Shown piece by piece: positions 50,675 to 63,360 of a stretch of 64,000 nucleotides of DNA. Source of the DNA: Epiperipatus broadwayi. Its lineage: Eukaryota; Animalia; Onychophora. The DNA is taken from the NCBI GenBank assembly GCA_028023455.1, contig JAQFVV010000002.1:24676001-24740000 (forward strand). The letters run 5' to 3'. Both the position numbers and the translations under genes were made by a program. How positions within the stretch are numbered: position 1 is the first letter of the stretch; each line of letters begins with the position of its first letter. The notes under the pieces were generated by a model. The model saw only the letters and a program-made list of their open reading frames with translations. It searched no databases and was not told the DNA's origin.

Positions 50675-51720
50675 TAATCTACTCTCTGAATGCATTTTTG
50701 TCAGGGTTTGAGTGAAGGGTTCCTAACAGAATGATATTTCAGAGTGCTAGGCTCTGGCTAAACATATTATCACAACAGCTAATCAGAGGAATGGCAATCC
50801 TCATTGTTTATAACTTACAACCAAGGAATAAGGTCATGTAATCTATGACTTGTTTTGACTATTTATATCTCATGCCAAAATCTTATGCAATTTTAAATCA
50901 TTGCTATGACTACTACTATATAGCATGGCTGAAAATCTATCAGCCCCATATAGCTAATTGAGTTGGATAGCTAGGTTTGAAGACATGTCTGAAAATTTCA
51001 TAATTTTCCACTCAATAGAAAATTAAGCTAAGTGCTTAACTTTGGGTTGATATTCTTAGATCTAGTGTCAGAACCTACCTTACACATCTCTAAGGAGTGC
51101 CAAAGCACGAAACCATGGTACAGGGGTTTGGGGAGGGGTTCTGACAGAAATATTTTAAGTGCTAACTCTGGCTAAGGATTTATCATAAAACTTAAAAAGG
51201 GTATATAGTATATACTCAATATTTATCATGTTATCAATCGGAAAGATAATGTCATTATCTATGAATTGATCTATGAGCTTCTACTTTCACATTTATGTTT
51301 CCAATAGTCTTATGCAATTTTATATTGCTATGACTACTACGATATGACACTGGCCTAAAGATCTATCAGCCCCATATAGCTATTTGAGTTGGAGTCAGCT
51401 GGGTTTGAAGACATGTACATGTCTGAAAATTTCAGATATATCCACTCATATAGATAACTTTTAGCTAAGTACTTAGCTTTGGGTTGGTAATTCTTAGATC
51501 TAGTGTCTGAACCTACCTTTACACCTACTCTGAGGAATGCCAAAGCACGAAACCATGGTCAGAGGTTTGAGAAGGGGTTCTGACAGAGATATTTTAAGTG
51601 CTGGCTCTGGCTAAGCATTTATCAATACAACTTGTAGAGGAATTGGCAATCTTCACTGGTCTATAACTTACAAGCTTACGAGATGGGGTCATGATAAAAT
51701 TTATAAATTGATTCTATGAC
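50675..51720 (+). repeat. Tandem ~420-440-bp units (family Z), one hammerhead per unit
   Basis: Equivalent cut positions ~50702, 51120, 51560; unit 2: CTAAGGA GTGC-CAAA-GCAC GAAA CCATGG TA; unit 3: CTGAGGA ATGC-CAAA-GCAC GAAA CCATGG TC AGAGGT. Confidence 0.85.
51524..51566 (+). ncRNA. Minimal type-I hammerhead (family Z)
   Basis: Core CTGAGGA 51530-51536, GAAA 51549-51552, palindrome ACCATGGT, GUC site at 51558-51560. Confidence 0.8.
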
Positions 51721-54049
51721 TTTAAAATATAAAAATATACTTTCCATTGTTTTTATCAGTTATTACCTTTTAAATATGTACGAATTATGATATTAATTCA
51801 TCCTTTTAAAACATTCCTTTATAGTTAAACATTAAAACTTTATAAACGTCATTAGATAAACTTTTTGTGTTGCAAATTGATAGAAGATTATTAAGACATA
51901 ACTACTTTCATAAATTATATCTATTTGGATAAAAAATTATATACAAAAAAAAAAAAAAAAAGGAAATCACATTAAAGAAAATTACAAATGAATGAGAAAA
52001 ATAAAATAATTGTTTGGCATGTAAAAAAAAATACATGTATAATAAAACGGGTAAAAAATCATATTGGGGCAGAGGTATATAAAATAATACCAAACAATAT
52101 ATATATTGTAATGATGACAAATCAGGTCAGGAGGCAGCTAGATGAGAACAAGTTAAATTACATCATGAAATAGTAAGAAATTATTGCAGCATGGAAGCAA
52201 CAGATCATTATTCATTCTCGTGGTTAAAAAATAATAATAAATAAAAATTGGGGTAAAGAAAATGAATTGCTGTTTAATTAAATAATGGAAAGTATTTATA
52301 CTTCAGCACATACATTTTGATAAAATTTAAATCGCCGGTTATTTCAATAAAATAAGTTAAATAAAATATTAATATAAATTATTGTAAGGCCCATTTGTAT
52401 GGCACTGTAAATGGCAATATTCTATGTTATGATTTGGGACAATAGGGAAATAACTTCCAAATAGATACAGCTTCAATTTGTAGAAGTAGGTTTGATCAAT
52501 CCAAGTTGTATAAGATAAATATATAACATTAAATGTATTTGATGGTTGGAATGATAAAGTACAGTAACAATTTTTAAAATATTTTTATTAATTATAATAT
52601 GAGTTGCAGTAATTATGAATATATATAATGCATGCTATAACTACGTTTGTTCTGAAAACCTTAATAAGATAATTAAAATTATTTTCAGATTAAATAAAAA
52701 ATAATCAAAATTGGTGAAGATTAAACAATAGATAGCTAAGGCTACTGATAAATTAGAGCTTTAAATATATTTTAAAAACATTTTATGCAGATGATTGGAT
52801 TAGCACGTCAGTTAAGGACAAATAGTTTTGAAATAATTTAAGGCACGATGGAATAAAGCAACAAATGAGTTTGAAAATAAAAACTTCAGACTACCCCAGA
52901 GTAATGTATTGAGGCAAAAGAACTGTAGCAATTTATTTTAAATGACAACTATTACAATACTCCAAAGAAAATAGGCAAAAAAAAAAAAAAAAATTCCAGT
53001 ATAGTGAGATATTCCAAGCCTTCCTCCATGTACAAATGTATTTAGCATATAATAGCTCATATTTTGTTTATAAACAATGATTAAATTAGAATATGTATTT
53101 TTATTGAACTGCAAGTATAAGGTACTTTTCAAAACACACATACATATATAACAGTGATGCTTTTTTGTATATGTAGTATCCCTACATAAAGTAATTACTA
53201 TAGAACAAAAAATTTAGAAATAATTGTAATATAGTTATTAATAATAAATTGAAGGAACATTTACATATATTTAGCTGACTGTGCATTCACACGGCATTCA
53301 CTGAAGAAATATGAATAAGAAAAATACTGTATTTTTATTTTCAAAATAAAGTAAATAGCAAAAAAATCTGACTTTCATCACTGTTAAATAAATACATTCT
53401 AAATGATATTCTTTTTTTCCAATAATTTTTTTCTCTTACAGAAACATAAAATACTTGATTCTTTATCAAGAAATTATGATCTCTCTAATTATTTTAATGT
53501 CTTGAAATCATTATTAACTTTGTGTATTCTAAAATTTTGCAAAACTTCTAGCATTATTCTTAGAAAATATTTCATTACAAGAAATAGAGCACATCAATTT
53601 TATAAAAGATAATACAGGAAGAATAATATTTGTGTGCTTTTAACATAATCCACAGAAATTTTATTAATGAACATGAGCATTTACAGTGCTATAAGACTGA
53701 AAAATTGGTGCTGACATAATTTAAAATTTATTTACAAATTTTACTTTTTTAAAAAAATATAATCACGTATGGTACTAAGAAAAAGAAAAATGGCTGCTCA
53801 AATATCACAAAATTTTCAAATTTTAATGGGGGGGGGCATATTGGCGTATTTACATTTTTGTTGGTTTACATTTTTCTTTGTCTAGTCTAAAATTGAAATT
53901 GTGTAGTTAGATACAGCATAATTCATGGCTCCATTCTATACATATAATATACTAAAAAGAATAACAAAATATTGAAAAAAACTTTTTTGCATTAAAATAT
54001 TTGTGGTTAAATAACCTATTTAGTTTCTTACTTATTTGTAGATGTTCAC

Positions 54050-54880
54050 TGTTAATAGTTTTTTTAAAAACATATGAATAAAGATATCTTAAAAAGATAA
54101 ATGACATCAGGATGCATTTTGATATGAATAAGCACTTATTAATTGGCCTAGCTCATCATCTCTCACATATATCTCTATTATATTTTCAGTATTTATAAGT
54201 AGTAAATTATTGCATTTTGATTTACAAGTGTCAAATTTACTCTATCCAAAAATTTAACACAATCTATTCTAGGTAAATAGGACAATGATTATTACTAATC
54301 ATTTATTAAACTAGAAATTATCTTTAGCCCAGATATACACTTTAAAATTTAGTTAAAAATTAGTATATCTATTTTTTTTTAACTAAATACACACATGATG
54401 AGTACTTCAAGCTTTATTTTCCATCTACAAAACTTTTTATAGATATGCTTAATAATCTCTACGCCATCAAATATTATTTTTAAAATATATAAATAAAGAG
54501 ATCTTTAAAAAACAAATGGCCAACAAAATGAACTGATGGAGATAAATATAAGAGATTGTGGCTTGGGACAATTAATGAATGGTGATTTGTCACAAAATGT
54601 ATCTTGGGACTCATTTGTCTTTAAGATATATTTATTCATATGTTTTAAAATGAATATTTAGTAATATGAAGGTTATTAAATAAATCTATAAAAGATATTA
54701 CTCATGGGAAAAGAGAAATGAAGTTGAATTATTTCATGTGTATGTGTTTGATTAAAAAACATATAAACATATATCAATCTTTAATTATGATTTAAAGTAT
54801 CTATCTGGGCTAGAGATAATCTCTAGTTTAATAAATAATTAGTAATAATCAGTATTGAATTTATCTAGAGTGGATTGTAT
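54050..54880. repeat. Old family H fold-back (~54050-54180 / 54540-54660) interleaved with a second inverted pair (~54255-54430 / 54700-54880)
   Basis: Both pairs visible by eye; decayed hammerheads at ~54105-54146 (-) and ~54566-54608 (+) retain AAAA TGCA TC / AAAA TGTA TC. Confidence 0.65.
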
Positions 54881-55949
54881 CAAAGCTGTGGATGAAATAA
54901 TTTTGATCCTTGTAAATCAAAATATAACAATTAAGTTATTATTTAATTTACCATAATATTATGGAGTTTCTTTTATGTATAGCTTTAATCGTGTTAATAA
55001 AATAAAACAACTTAATAAAATAAAAATAATTAATATAGTGCTAATGTTATAAAATATTTTAGCAAGAATGAAAACAAGATCTAATTTATCTAACTCTAAA
55101 TTTTACTTAATGGAAGAGGCCTGGTCAACATTTTGTTATTACAAAATGCAACTGAATATATAAACACAATGATGTAAAAAGTAAAAATCTTAAACAGTCG
55201 ATTGGAACACCATCCAGAATTCTCATCACAAAAATAGTGACAGATGACAAAGCAATCCAAGCTAATCAACAACTATAAGGATTTTTAATGATTTTCTTTC
55301 CTGTTTTGCCTACTAGCCATTAAAATTTGATATGCATCAATAATTGAATGTTAGAAAATTGATAATGGACTGGTTACTAAAAACAAAATTTAAGCTTATT
55401 TGGAAATCCTCAGCTATGTGAAAAAATTTCTGACATTTACCTGAATTTAAATCTTGGCAGATGTGTGAACAATAATATTATTAACTTTTCAAAATAAACT
55501 TACACACCCATTTATATAAAGATAGACATAGACAGAGAAAGATGAATTTGTAACTCCGCCATTCATACTTAATCTCAAAACTATACATCTGTAAGTATCA
55601 ATTATAAAAAAATAAAACTATGTGTTTATATATATATGTAAACATCATTAAATAAAAAAATATAAAAAACTTATCATTTAGTTCTTTTTTTAAAAAAAAT
55701 AGTCTCCACCCAAAAGCATGTTTTAGTTATGAATTTACTAATTCAAAATGGTGCCATAACTTTCCATGTCAAATTGTATTACTAGACAACAATTAAACAT
55801 TTAAATAAAAAAAATCATTTGAACATGCTCTGGGTGTAACACCAAATCAAATAAGTAATGATTATAAAGTGTGCGAGTTTTATTGCATGTTTAAACTTGT
55901 TTGTTTATGTATTATGCAATACATACGCACATACAAATACTAAAAACAT

Positions 55950-58450
55950 TTCATTAATAATCTCCAAACATACAGGTTCCACATATCAATCAATACCAAT
56001 TTCTCCAAGACTTTCTCACAGTTAATACATTATTTCTTTAACTTCATCAATCAATTTCTCTCTTCCACTACATCCTTTAATCTTCTACAGACCTCAACAA
56101 TTAAGTTTTTAATAATTCCAATATTCTATATACGCATAATACAATTCTTTTATTTCATAATTTCCTCAATAAATGAAGTTCGTTCTCTTTCTCTTCTCTA
56201 TATTACTAATCTTATCTATATAAATGATCATTTACATTTGTTTCCCCACATACCTAAAAATAATTATATCTTTGTGCCATTTTTTTTATATAATAATCCA
56301 ATCTTAGATCCATATAAAGCTACACTTCAAATAAAATAATAAATAATCTCCTTCTAAATCTAACTGAACTACAAATAACTTCTTATTCATATTAATGGCC
56401 TATATGGATATTGCAATTTTAATATTTTATCATTATTTTCTGGATATTTAAAAAGTATATTTAATGATTCTTATAATATTTTATTTTATTCATTGTTTTA
56501 ATCTTAGTTGCATCTATTTTCATATCAAACTTTTTACAAATTAAATCAATCCTACTTGATATTTTGATTCACTCACTCTCTCAGTCCGGAAGCACTATCA
56601 TTCATCAGTAAATTTGAATTACATATACATACAGCAGACATTCATAAATGGGTATGACCATTCCAACTTTGAGAGCAAAAAGCTCTAGAAATGAATTTTG
56701 CAATGGACTATACAAACCAATCAGTGAACCTCAAATACATCCACATATAGAACATGCAAGTCCACTTTTCTGTTTGATATTTTGCAATGATGTCTTTTAA
56801 TTTCTTCAATGGAAATTTTTTCTTTCTGAAATAATTCAATACTATATCTAATTGTAGCTCTTCAAAATCCTCTACTATATCTTTCACTGAAAACAATTGA
56901 CATTGCATTTCTTTATAATGTGTTATAGATAATCCTTAAAATGTAGACAAAGTCTACTTCTCCCATGAAAACTACCCTCAAGTTCACCATAAAACATTCT
57001 TTTAGGAAGTATCCCTTATTCATTTGTTTTACATATCCAATTCAATGAATAAGCAATTTTATAATAAAGGATATCACATCCGGTAAGCTGAAGAACATGT
57101 TGATTGATTGAATGATCTTGCCATTTTTAAAATTTTATGCAGAATCCTTAAATGTAACTTTTCTAATGTATTTATATTGTGCCAATTAGGTGTTCAAATT
57201 TCACTGCCATACAATAAATTAAATAACATAATAGTTCTATATATAGCTAACTTAATTGCAATAGGTACTTGTTAAAAACAACAACCGCACATTGAAGTCT
57301 GTGCTGCACCTCAACAACTAAATACATCCTTCTATTTATAAAACTACCAAGATAATTTACACTGGCTTATATTCCCAAGTTGATAACCATCTAAACTAAA
57401 AGTTGCTAAGTATTTTTCTTCTGCCATTGGTTGATAAAGAACGAGTTTTTTTTTTTTTTTAAACATTAAGTAATAAACCAGGGCTTTTATATGTTGAATA
57501 CAAAACATTAAGAAAATTATGTAAATGATCTTTTGATTTGGTAAAAATATCACAAACATCGGCATACTGTAGTGTTTTCACTTGATCCCTGCCTGATTAA
57601 GCCATCTATAAACAATTTCAAAGACCACTGCCACAAAAATTGTAAATAGTTTAATACCAGTTTTCTTTTGAAATGTCTCAGATTTCTCATCTGTATTTTA
57701 TCAATAACACTTCCTCCCCTTCCATATGTAGATATATAATAGGAGTAAATTTTGGTGGACATAATGTCAAACAATGCCTGACACTTTTCTTGAATTTGCA
57801 TGATAACAAATACCATTTTTGTAATACTTTTTGATTCTTTGAATTACAGTGAATCTCTGGTAACCATTGGTCTAAAAGGGAAGCCACATACATATTCAAC
57901 AAATTTCTTGAAGGTATCTTTGATGTACTAATGAACTATGATATCCCATGCAATCATATAAATTCCCTTTATTTTTAAAAATTAAAACACAATAGAAGCA
58001 TCATTAAAAACAGGGGTCTCAATTTTATGGGGCCATATATTCCTAAATAATTCCAATATTTTTGAAGCTAAAGTCCAGGGATTTCCTCAAAAAGCTATTT
58101 TGGCTTCATTAATCAGGACATCTTTATCCCAAATTAAATGAAAAGATAAAATGAATTTATCATTATAAATTATCTCTATTCTTGATCATTAATCAAAACA
58201 TAAAATACTCCCTCCTATTCAAAGAATCATTATCATCATTTAAGAGAGTGCCATTGTTGGATTTGATCCATATGTTGCTTGCAGTATATCAAAAGAAAAT
58301 CTAGAGAGATTATAATCAGTGAACATCACTATCTTCTTTGTAGTTTTAATCTAGCAATCATTTTTAAACTGACTTCACAGTTGTCGATTTTCTTTTTCTT
58401 CAAATCTCTATATTTATTATAAATTCCACATTTAGTCTATTATTCTGCCT
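55950..58450 (-). mobile_element. Heavily degraded LINE (RTE-like)
   Basis: Minus-strand remnants KSVRHCLTLCPP (VRQGCxLSP-like) and LQYADVCDIFTKSKDHLHNFL...GLLLNV. Confidence 0.6.
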
Positions 58451-59219
58451 TTTAATCAAATTACTAAGAAGATTATTATCAGGAAATCAGTCATGATTCT
58501 TATTTTTTTTAATAAACTCCAAGAATAGTTTTACTTGTATCTATAACACACTCTTTAAGAAAATATGATAGTCCTGAATATTCAAATTAGCAATATTAGT
58601 GTTTAATAGCTATTGAAATTTAATAAGTTTCTAAAAAACTAACATCAACTTTCTTAATGAATATGATTAGAATATCTACTTTTAATGCAATTATCATTTT
58701 AATCTTGGAGTATACAAATATGTGATTTATGATCTGCCCAACAATCTGTGCTTGCAAATGTTCATGTAATATGAACTCTTATATTCTGACTTCTGACTAT
58801 CTATTAAATACTATCGTTTTGAGCATATATATATATATATATATATATCCATGTTTTTTTATAGTGAGTCTTCTGCCTAAAGAAAGTGCTCATGATAATG
58901 ATCCATATATTATGGAAAAATTCAATAATAAAAGTTCATTTAAATTTTTAGCATCAATAATTTATTTCCAATAACTTTTGGTCAAAATCTATTTCTACCA
59001 ACGTGTTTTAAAGTCTCCAAAAAGAAAAATTTGATGTTTTAATGGTATTGTCTTAATAATGCTATCCATCTTAAAGAATAAAGGCTTTCTTTCTCTGAAT
59101 TAAGGTTGAAATATAGGCAGCAATAAAGTAGATACGTGTACTGCAAAATACAATGAGAAATTTCAGCTATATATTAAATTAGGCATTACAGCAAATCTAA
59201 TCCAACATCATATATTCTT

Positions 59220-59583
59220 TGCACAGAGACTAAACTCTCCATACAGTAGTGCCACTCAGTACAAATCAGAGTAATCAATGGATGCAAGAAGGTTTGTGCA
59301 TAAAATTCCTATTTAGTGACTAGTCATCCAATATCCCCAGACTAGTTTCTAGCTTGTGGCTTTCAGCAGTGAAAAGTTTTGAATCTGAGAGCACTGCACC
59401 TAGATCTTAGGATCTAGAAACTAGTCTGGGGATATTGGATGAGTAGGTACTAAATTGGGATTTTATGAACAGACCTTCTTGCATCCATTGATTATTCTGG
59501 CTTGCCCTGAGTGGCACTACTGTTTGGAGAGTTTAGTCTCTGTGTAAACAGCTTGTGTAAGCATAAAGAATGGTGATCATGTG
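59220..59583 (+). mobile_element. Family Y fold-back with 39-nt tail and 13-bp TSD
   Basis: Arms 59222-59352 / 59414-59544; tail ending GTGATCATGTG; atcatatattctt at 59207-59219 and 59584-59596; hammerhead on minus at 59335-59373 (CTGCTGA, A6 mutated). Confidence 0.9.
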
Positions 59584-60734
59584 ATCATATATTCTTCTTT
59601 CACTGACTGATTTGCCTTTCCAAAAAAAAAAATTGTAGCCATTCTGTTTTATTAAACTTCATTTTTCTGGCAGATGGATTTCAATGAGAGTAGTCATATA
59701 GATCTTAAATCTGACAGCTCCTTAATTAACAATATGGGCAGGTTTTGAAGAGTTTGTATCAAATAAGGTTCACACATTATATATACCTAAGAAAAAATAA
59801 AATTTAAAAATCATTAAAATGAGTAATCTGCAAGACATGACAATCTAGCCAGACTCAATGAGGCAGTTCATATTAAGACTACATTTTCTAGACCCTTTCC
59901 ATTTCTGTGGGAAGCAGGGGATCCCTATATAGGACTGCCTAAACATACAATATTTTCCAGTTAGAACTCTTGTCTCAATTTCCAACCAGACCTATCAGTG
60001 ATTGTACTGACTCAAACAAAGATTGCAACTAAAAACAATCAACCTTCTAAGCCTGTCCCAATAATTTCTTAATTCTCAAAAATTTGAATTAAAAATAGGG
60101 AAAAGAGAATTGGAATCAGAAATGCTGTACATGACGTTAAACAGTGGAAAGGTGGTTGCACAAATACATAATCCTATTGTCAGTTATAGTAAGGATATGA
60201 TCTATAGTATGAGAGTTATAATGATCAGGCCATACACTAACTTAAATCACTGAAAATAGAAGAGAGTATACTCGATCTGATGCTGTTTATTGTGTTATTC
60301 ACAGTTGACCTTAAGATCTAAGTTATTCCACAATCCGCCATTTACTGAGCTTGTTGGTAGACTGAGCACAGCACACAACAAATTTGATAAAATAATCATT
60401 ATATGTCTAATACTAACTATATTTTTATCAAATCCAAGATTCATTTAGAAAATCTCTAAATAAATATTAACTAAAACTGGATTTAGTACATTTTACAAAT
60501 ATTGTATACTATTTTGATTCTAATGCAAAGATTCAACCCACCACTTCATACTAGTTTCATTAAAATACCCTAATTCTCTTAAATTAACCCAATCATCATA
60601 GTGTTTTCCAAGTTCAACAAAACCAATGTTAATGCTACTGCACACTTTTGGATGGATGACTGTCGAATTTACTAATAATATCCTGTTTGTAGACCCAGAT
60701 TGCTAGTTAATGATGATCTTTTGTTTAGATACTT

Positions 60735-60812
60735 CACAGAGGCAAAATTCTCCATACAGTAGCCTCTATAAAAAACAGCTTGTGTAAGCATAAAGAATGG
60801 TGATCATGTGAT
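60735..60812 (+). repeat. Minimal family Y remnant (30-bp inverted start joined to the tail)
   Basis: cacagaggcaaaattctccatacagtagcc followed by 40 bp identical to 59546-59585. Confidence 0.7.
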
Positions 60813-60829
60813 AATTTAGGTACTTACAA

Positions 60830-63360
60830 ATGTAGACCACTTTTAACTGGAGAAAGATTGCACAAATTGAAAGAATTGTCTACTACTCATGGGACATTGT
60901 TGGGATTTATAAAATAAAATAAAAAAAATGAAAAAAATTATTTTAATTGGGCATATACTTTATTACAAAGGAACAAATATGGGAAGAATAAGTGAAGTAG
61001 GTTTCATTATAAATAAAAAATGAAAGAACAATATTGTGAAGATCGTTGGTTTATTAAATAGAGTGGCAAGATTAGTTATTCAATTTAATTGAAGATATCA
61101 AGTGCAGATAATTAAACTTTATGCCACAATATATGGTTATTGAAAATACTTTTGATTAGATCAAACATTTTGAACCTGTCATGAGAGATTTTAATACTAC
61201 AATTGGTAAGTGATTGAAAGATGAAAATTCTATTGGTAAATTTGGTTATGGTTATAGAAAAGAGAGAGAATGTAGACAAATGAAGTTCACATAAAATTGA
61301 AGACCTTATATTATAAATTCTTTTGTTTTGGAAAAAATTCTAAATGAAAATTGACATGAAAGCATCCAAATATAGCAGAATTGGATTATATTTTGATTAC
61401 CACAAAATATGTATTTCAAGATTGTAATATTCTTAATAAATTATGCATACAAATTAATAATGGATTAATAAGATTATCTGCTAATGTAGAACTAGAAAGA
61501 CAAAAATTAAAAAAAAACAGAGTTCATAATTGATATTCCTAAAGTTCAGAAGCAGTCCAATGAATTTAAACTAGGTATTGCAAATTGTTTTAAAATATTA
61601 ACAGATTTGAATGAAATCAATAAAAAGATAACCAATATATTATTAAGAACTGCAACAAAGATAGATACTACAAAAAGCAGCAATTTAACAGTAAATTCTC
61701 TGCTGAGATAGGACTATGTATGAAGAAATAAAGGAATATGAAAATATATAAAAATAATCCTTTAAAAGGAAATGAATATCTAGAGTTTTGTAAAATGATA
61801 CAAAAAGACTTAATAATGGTATTAAAAAAAACATAATCGTGCACTAAGAAGGAAAGCAAAGAAGAGAATAAAGTATCAAAAGTGTAAATCATCTTACTAT
61901 CCATAGAAAACATATCTGAAATAAGAAAAAAAGAAAGAACTACTACTAAAAAGAGAGATGACATTATAAAATGTATGAAAAAGTTTTATAAAGAATTGTA
62001 CTAAAATAAAAAACAAGAAAATAAAGTACCCTACAATTACTGCATCTTCTGAACTGTGTAGTAATTTAAATAAAGAATTGAGACAATGCAATCAACCATA
62101 CAAAGAAAAAAAACTCCAGGAAATAATGAAATCATAATCAATATTTTACAAAAAGGAGGTGAAAAAATAGAAAAATTGTAGGCAAAGTTTCATATCAAAT
62201 GTCTAAATGATAAACATATACTAGATGATTGGAAGAATGCATACAGACCTATCAGTCTTTTATCAATTCAATTCAATACAACATTTTTATCCACATAATT
62301 ACAATTTGTGAACTTGGGATTTTAACTAACCAAAAGAGAATGCTGAATTTAAAATGATTTTAACACAGTGGATCACATTCAAGTACTGAGAAAAGTTATA
62401 GAAAAAACAATGAATATCAGTTGCCATTACATTTTGGATTTGTAGATTATGAAAAGACTTTTGATTCTGCAAGCATTTCTATCATGATTAAAGCATTGGG
62501 ATAGTGATATTAAGTAGATTAGTATTGAAAAGAGTATATGATAGGATGATTCCATATCTCCTAAACTTTTTATAGTAGTTTTAAACAAAGTATTTTGTTG
62601 ATTAAAATAGGAAGGCAAGAAAGTAAACGGAGATTATTTGGGTCACCTAGATTTGAAATGCTGTGATTGTTTTCACAAATAATGCTTCAGAGCTTCAGCC
62701 AATGTATCCAAAGTTATCAGAAGAAAGTAAGAAAATAGGACTAAAGATAAATGCTAAAAAGACTAGAATCAAGTTCAATGGATTTTCTCACAAGAAAATA
62801 ATGGTTGATAATAATGAATTAGAACAAATTAACAATTACAAATACTTTGATCAGATTATTAACACAAATGTAAACATAAAAGATGAAATTAATCGTAGAA
62901 TTAAACCCGGATGGAATGTTTTTTCTAAAAATAACTTGATAGGAAATATGTCCATATGTTAGAAAAAGGAATCAGTTCTTGCTCATGATTTAAAATAGAA
63001 AAGTAATAGATTTCAGATCACTCAACAAAGTAAGGAATGAGATGTTAGGAAAACAAGGGATCAAAAACTGATTGAAAGAACAATGTATCATTGATATCTT
63101 TGAAAAAATTAAGAGACTGAAATGGAGCTGAAGTGGACATTTTGCTAGAAAAGATAAGAGATTGATTATTAAAGTCTTAAACTGGATTCCAAAAGATTGT
63201 AAAAGACCTAGAAAGATACCACATACAATATAGATGAATAAAATAAGAAACTCTCTGGAGTGATATGGAGAAAAGAGGTTAGGGATTGGAGATACTGGAT
63301 TTAACTTGAAAAAACTATCATTCTGCAGAGGATTGATAATGGTTGAAAATGGTAATGATG
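60830..63360 (+). mobile_element. Degraded RTE-clade LINE, endonuclease to 3' end
   Basis: GHILYYKGTNMGRISEVGFIINKK (APE endonuclease-like), RT fragments (ORF 62663-62962), 3' end homologous to 12109-12494. Confidence 0.85.
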
